A stretch of DNA of 64,000 bases from Amoebophrya sp. A120 (taxonomy: Eukaryota; Protista; Dinoflagellata), in the NCBI GenBank assembly GCA_905178155.1, contig CAJINV010000016.1, forward strand, positions 711,386 to 775,385, written 5' to 3'. The position numbers and the translations under genes are program-made. Shown here in pieces: positions 58,547 to 64,000 of this stretch; within the stretch, counting starts at the first letter, position 1, and each line of letters opens with the position of its first letter. The notes below the pieces were generated by a model, which was given only the letters and a program-made list of their open reading frames with translations, had not been told where the DNA came from and made no database searches.

Positions 58547-61500
58547 ATGGCGAGTGCGCCGGGAGTGGTCGTCCTTGGTGCTGCTGTATCCACTGCAAAC
58601 ATGTCTGGGTCTGGAAAGTTGTGATGCAAGTCAGTGAATAGCGAGCACGCTGTACTAATGCGGCACCGCCAAGCATGACATATTTTTATTTTATATTTTT
58701 CCGAGGCTCTGTGTTGCATATTCCGCATGAGGAACAGCGTTTTATTTGCATGACAAACGCGCAAGAGAGTTGGCCACACAATACAACAATGTTTAGTGCT
58801 TGTGCTATGCCAGACTAGCATGGGAGTTCTCGTCGCATTCACTCCAGATTAACCAGAGATGTTTGCAATGCATATGCTAGTTCCGCTGGTGGACCCCCTG
58901 CCGCGGCGGCAGCGCCGGGCACTCTGGCCACCAGCACGGGCGGCGCTCCTATAACCCGCTCAGGTGTTACAATCTCATAACGTTACAACAGAGTCTGAGA
59001 CTTGTCTTGCATAATGACAATGAGCGTGACAGACTCGCAGAGCGTTCCATTTTGTGCAATACAAACTTGTTCGCCAGATGATTGTAGTGCGGTTTGGGAC
59101 CACTTCGGAACTTGTCATGCGCAATCCTAGGAGAGTTGGCTAGATAGTGCACCTATTGCGTCACAGATTTGCATATTCTATTGTAATGTTTGAGATTGTA
59201 CCACCTGAGTGGGTTATAGCTCCCTTGCAGAGTTTCGAACTTTCGGAGGCTGAGCTTTCCCATCTTGTCAACCTCGCACGGGTATGAATTGCAAATATGT
59301 CTGGGGCTGGAATGATGCATTTCTGTAATGCTAAGTGCGGATCATACCAAAATAAAATCTGTGTTGCATGAGCGACAAACAAAGCTTTCTGCCTCCTGCG
59401 ATGCAAAGAGCAAGTTTCTCATGCGGGATAGGGGCATCAAAAAGCCTGTGCGCAACCTGTGATACTTTTGGGCGCATATGACGCCATAATTTGTGTGGTG
59501 CAGACGTTGCATGACAAACAGGACCATTCTCCCAGACCCAGACCTATCTGCAGTGGATAAAGGGACCAGGACGCAGCCTTCAAGGCCTTTCTTCGTGTAT
59601 CCTGTGCAAAAGTATCGTACTCGTACTAATTGCAAATATGCATGACAAATTCCTAGAGACATAGAATATATGGGCGAGACTAATCCCTATAGACATAGAC
59701 TAACTGCAAATATGCATGACATAGAATATATGGGCGAGAGCCCTGCAAGACCGGGCGACGAATGTAAGTCCAGACGGGAAAAACGCCAAAGATACCCGCG
59801 CCTTCTGCTTAACTGTGTGAATTATTGTGTCGGCCCGGTCCTGTTTAGTCGCAGGTCGGTGTCCGTGAGATCAGAACTCACATGTTAAGTAACGCACGCC
59901 GGCTCCTAGCTTAGAAAAAAAATGATGAATTTATATGCACTTATCGCCCTACGGAGACTGTGATCTGACCTCCCTCTACCTCATCTGGTGGACGTCTGCC
60001 GCGGCTTACGGCTCTGGACGTTAACTAGGATCGAGTGCGTTGTGCGGGTTTAGGGTTTTGAAACATAATTTTGTATCTCCCACTGTTGCATGCACCTGCT
60101 GCAAGAACTTGTCATGCAAAACAACCTCCGGGTTGTTCCCGCGCTTCAGGAGTAGTTCTGTTGCGTGAGGGCGGCAGAAGATGAAAAAAGGTGTTGGTTT
60201 AGGGGGTTGAAAATGTTTGTGCATGTGTAATGCAAAAGATGAAAAAGATTCGCGCGTGGGAGCGCATTTTTAAGCACAACGGGCGGGTGCCGTTCCCGCC
60301 GTCACACAATCACATACAATACAATATGCGAATGGGGCCCAATCAAAAAAAAGAATATGCATGACAAATCTTCTTCCTATGGTAAAACAGCATGACAAAT
60401 TGCACTTCTCTTCGTGCCAAAATTTGTAATGCAATTTATACGTAGAAGTAGTACGATACAATACTTTTGCAATGCATATCGCGCCGGTGGCGCAGAAAGC
60501 AGGTTTGCGCAAGATGAGCTGGGACCAGCACAAGGTCAAGTAGACCTAGCGCGACCCAATCGTCCCGTTAGAGACCATATCAAATGCAACAATGTCTGGG
60601 TCTGGAAAGTGGTAACTTGTGATGCTGTCTATGGATTCCAAAAAAATCTGTATTGCATGACTAGCAAAAGGAGTCCAGTTTGTGCTACACGGGGAGGGCA
60701 TTTCTCATGCGGAATAAGCATCAGGAAGCCTTCTAAAGATCTGGCACGCTAGGGCATGCATTACAGGCGTCATTGGTCATGCCAGACAAGCATGACAAAC
60801 CCGGTAACCTTACAGACCCAGACATTTTTGCATTTGATAGACCTGATGGGTGCGCGTGCGTCTTCGGCCGACCTGCAAGAAGAGGCTAGCTGCAGGAGTA
60901 CTACTTCTACTAGAGCCATCCATCCTTCATCCTCGAACACTCTGCCGCCGCATTATCCCAGCAAGAAAAAAATGTCACAGTTGGTTCTACATTGGTTGCA
61001 AGTTCAGCAACGCAGACTTTCTCTGTGTGACACCAGAGAAATCTTCTTGGATGAATTATGCAGCGATCAAAAATGAAGAGGAGTACACACGTACGTATGA
61101 CACTACTAGGCTCCTGAGCAACATAATTAATTGATTTCTCTGTCCTGCATGACAGATCTTGTTTATCTTGGTTGGCCCGCAACACAATGTGGAGTAACTG
61201 TTTACACTTTTTTCTTTGCATACTCCTGCTTCATCCTCCTCCGGTGGGAACATCGTCGATCAGCCTCCTTTAGGCATTATAAACAAAGCATCGGACTTGA
61301 TGTACCCTACCAATTGCGTTCATGAATGACATCAGATACTTATGGCCTCCTTTTTGATTTTTAGCAAGATTATTGTACAAATTTCATTTCTCATCAACAT
61401 GGTAGGCGAATTTGTGATGCTGTTTCTGTTTGAACTTAGCACGATGCTTTTGCGTTGCATATCTTTTCGGCGGGTACGCCTTGCAACTTCTCTATTTGCG

Positions 61501-64000
61501 CTTCAAGGAGCACCAGAAGTGGTCGCAGCAGCAGGCGAGGGCGGGTAGTTGTGGCAGTATTGGTACGAAAAGCAAGTTCGGGAAGACGTCGTCGAAAAGC
61601 AGCCTGCTGTCCACGCAGGAACTGTCCGCTGCTAGGAAAAGATATCCACTGCAAATATGTCTGCTGGGTGTGGAAGTGTGTACGTGTAGACATTTGTCGT
61701 GCTGTTTTTGGATCTGACAGAAGGTCTGGAATGCACGCATTACATGAGAAGTTCTACTGCGGAGGCTTTCTCATGCCCAGCCTGCATGAGAAAAGACGTC
61801 TCCGGGATAGTATGTCTCTTTTGCAGACTATGCAAGACAGATTTTTCTGTGTTTCAAAATCCGCATATAGAAGTTTACATCCCTCCAGACCGAGACATAT
61901 TTGCAATGCATAAAACGAGTGCCAGCACAACTTCGCCTGCTACCGCCGGTCGTCCCGGTCCGGAAAGCGAGGCGGAGGTGGACTCACCGGCAATATGACA
62001 GTGCACAACGCTGCTCCCTCGTCCCGCTCGTTTGTCATGCAAAATCCACCAACGTCCACAGTAAGTTGAAGTTCATCTTGCCTTCACGGACTGTCTGCGG
62101 GACAGGTTCATGAACTCTCGAAATCGTGTCCTCTTCTCACTCCGGTGCGGTCGTGCAGATTTGTCATGCAGACGAGGCTCTCTGGCGGGACGTCCTGCCC
62201 GTAGATCATGCGGACGAGACCGCATGACATTCACCTTGACCGATGCTTGTGTTGCTGCTGATGCCCACCTTCAAATGGGGGGGAGTGGGGACGAGGTCGT
62301 GCACTCTCATACGCAAGCCGTGCCAGCTACGAAGGGGGAGCAGCCTCAATAAACATGGATGTGGAGGGTGTCACGCGGGCGTCGGGGAACGAAGGCAGGC
62401 TGGGCGCGGCGGCTTCTTTTTCTCTCGACGAGGATATGAACTGCAAAAGTATCGTACTCGTATACATGCATTGCAAATTTCCTCACCATGAGAAATGAAA
62501 TCTGTCATGCTGCTTTACCCGAAGAAAAAGATTTGTAATGCAAGACTTGCAATACGAGTACGATACTTATACTTTTGCAGTGGATAGAGGAGGCAAGTAA
62601 AAACGGCAGGGAGAAACTGCAGCTGCTATGATCCACAGGAATTTTTTTCCCGTAGTACACGAGGACGTACAATTACAAATGCGATTACTGCATGACAAAC
62701 CTTCTCGCCGATGATCCTATTCAGCATGACAAGTGGCAGGATCTGAGTTGACAAAATTTGTGAAGCATGGTTTTGTACGTGTGCTGCGGGAAAAAATGAC
62801 TTGTATTGCATAGCTGCCTTGGGTGCTCAAGATGTTGGTCCGGCGTCGTGCCTATCAAATGCAAATATGTGGTCTGGGTCCTCATCTTCTTCCCTGCGTA
62901 CTAGTTGTACAAAGGTCGTTTTCTACTTCCCTTTGCTGTACTGAGGTCTTGTTTATTATGTATTCCAGACAAAGAAAAGCAAAACACCAGACATATTTGC
63001 AGTTGATAGTGCCTCGTCCGAGGACGTTCTTGGGCAGCGTCGTAGCCACCAACCTGCGGAAGTCCCGGAGGGGGCAGATGAATCTGTCCTGAACAAAAGC
63101 AAAGCCGCCGAAGCGCGTCGCGGGCGCGCAGAAGAGCAAACGGAGGTTGCTGAACTGTTGCGTGTATCAAATGTAAAAATGTCTGGGTCTGGAAAGTTGT
63201 GGTGCATGTCACTGAATAATAAGGACACTGTAATGCGCCGCCAAGCATGACAAGTTTTTTCATGCTTCTGTGTTGCGTATTCCGCATGAGAAACTGCGTG
63301 TTTGCATGACAGGCTAAGTAGAGGAGCTCTTGCTTGCCACGCAATACAGATCCCAGAGTCGTGTCAGACTAGCATGACAAATCTCGCAATCTCCCAGACC
63401 CAGACATTTTTACAATGTATAGCGTGCCGAGCGGTTTCTGACGGAGGTCGAATCTCTCACCAAGGAGTATGACCCGCTCAGACGTTACAATCTCAACTGT
63501 TACAAATACAATAGAATCTGGAAATCTGTGATGCAAGAACTGCATGATCTAGCCTACTCCCATAGGATTGCGCATGACAAGTTTCGGAGTCCCAAACCCA
63601 CCTCAAATCCGGCATAATTTGTATTTCGAAGCGCTCAATTCTCTCTGCGTTCCTCATGCTCTGTATGCAATACAATTACAAATTCCAGACTCTATTGTAA
63701 CGTTTGAGATTGTAACGTTTGAGCAGGCCATAAGGAGGAAGGCCAGCACCTCGCCCGGCCGCGGAGCCGCCCGGGTCCCTCGGCGTACGAGCAACAGTAC
63801 TTCATTCCTTTGTATAATAAGTGGACCTCTTCCATCAACAGTGCGGCCACGTCGTCGCGCGACGCAGCTAGCGGCGCTTTTCCGCCGTCGCACGGCGCTT
63901 CCTTATCAAATGTAAAAATGTCTGGGTCTGGAAGATTGCCAGGTTTGTCATGCATATTTTGAATGACCCATGATGTCTGTGATGCATGCCCTAGCATTAC
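58547..64000 (+). CDS. Hypothetical protein, 3'-truncated by the window (exons approx. 58547-58585, 58879-58948, 59223-59281, 59564-59596, 60483-60576, 60844-60952, 61227-61269, 61466-61641, 61917-61992, 62316-62433, 62591-62625, 62817-62851, 63013-63163, 63426-63466, 63737-63902)
   Basis: Removing 14 complete TIR elements (+1 DR each) gives 415 stop-free codons from MASAPGVV...; no family recognised; the start may lie further upstream. Confidence 0.85.
58587..58874. mobile_element. TIR introner, family A
   Basis: TIRs; DR TGCTG/TGCTA; homologous to 63165-63421. Confidence 0.9.
58950..59218. mobile_element. TIR introner, family H (TATRACCCGCTCAG..GTTACAATCTCA)
   Basis: TIRs; perfect DR GCTCC. 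Confidence 0.93.
59283..59559. mobile_element. TIR introner, family A
   Basis: TIRs; DR ACGGG/AAGGG. Confidence 0.9.
59598..60478. mobile_element. TIR introner, family C, carrying a ~700-bp nested insertion (59651-60353)
   Basis: Family C halves at both ends; DR TCGTG/TCGCG; frame restored. Confidence 0.87.
60578..60839. mobile_element. TIR introner, family A
   Basis: TIRs; DR GACCA/GACCT. Confidence 0.9.
60954..61222. mobile_element. Diverged TIR introner, D-like
   Basis: AAGAAAAAAATGT / ACACTTTTTTCTT ends; DR CGCAT/CTCCT; frame restored. Confidence 0.75.
61271..61461. mobile_element. Diverged TIR introner
   Basis: AAAGCATCG / CGATGCTTT inverted motif; DR TCCTT/TCTTT; restores QPPFGGY. 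Confidence 0.7.
61643..61912. mobile_element. TIR introner, family A
   Basis: TIRs; DR AAAGA/AAACG. Confidence 0.87.
61994..62311. mobile_element. TIR introner, family B
   Basis: TIRs; DR GGCAA/CGCAA. Confidence 0.88.
62435..62586. mobile_element. TIR introner, family C (reverse orientation relative to 4579-4730)
   Basis: TIRs; perfect DR GAGGA; 152 bp. Confidence 0.92.
62627..62812. mobile_element. TIR introner, additional family (TTTTTTCCCG / CGGGAAAAAA)
   Basis: Inverted ends; perfect DR GCTGC. Confidence 0.85.
62853..63008. mobile_element. Short TIR introner, family A ends
   Basis: TIRs; perfect DR GTGCC. Confidence 0.9.
63165..63421. mobile_element. TIR introner, family A
   Basis: TIRs; perfect DR GCGTG. 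Confidence 0.93.
63468..63732. mobile_element. TIR introner, family H (opposite orientation to 58950-59218)
   Basis: TIRs; perfect DR AGGAG. Confidence 0.92.
63904..64000. mobile_element. TIR introner, family A, truncated by window end
   Basis: Left TIR TATCAAATGTAAAAATGTCTGGGTCTGGAAG. Confidence 0.85.

Noticed and set aside
60045-60210. TTTAGGG telomere-like words
   Set aside because: Only isolated units, no tandem array.
1430-63997. Many short ORFs sharing peptides such as PDPDIFAMH, FQTQTYLQ, SRPRHIC and CKYVWVWK, suggesting a protein family
   Set aside because: They are six-frame translations of the family A TIR, not genes.

Overview
Eukaryotic genomic DNA whose genes are split by about 55 short (mostly 150-350 bp) MITE-like elements. 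Each has terminal inverted repeats (TIRs), almost always reads TAT...ATA at its ends, and is flanked by a 5-bp direct repeat (DR). At least seven unrelated TIR families are present. Removing each element plus one DR copy by hand restores continuous reading frames, so they behave as non-GT-AG introns (introners). This architecture matches the invasive non-canonical introns known from the parasitic dinoflagellate Amoebophrya; the organism assignment is my inference. Reconstructed genes: a Pumilio/PUF RNA-binding protein (1538-7574, 16 introns, 13 of TIR type), a WD40-repeat protein (12842-16894), a small Met/Gln/Pro-rich protein (25423-26344), a probable giant Cys-rich plus coiled-coil gene in a GC-rich domain (~32-56 kb, middle joins unresolved) and an unknown protein from 58547 past the window end (15 consecutive TIR introns). 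The sequence suggests mechanistic rules: a fixed 4+1 splice register inside the DR, no AG acceptor requirement, independence from element orientation, and a GCATNACAA motif shared by all families. Most short ORFs in the supplied track are artefacts of these repeats. All splicing is inferred from frame restoration; there is no transcript evidence here.
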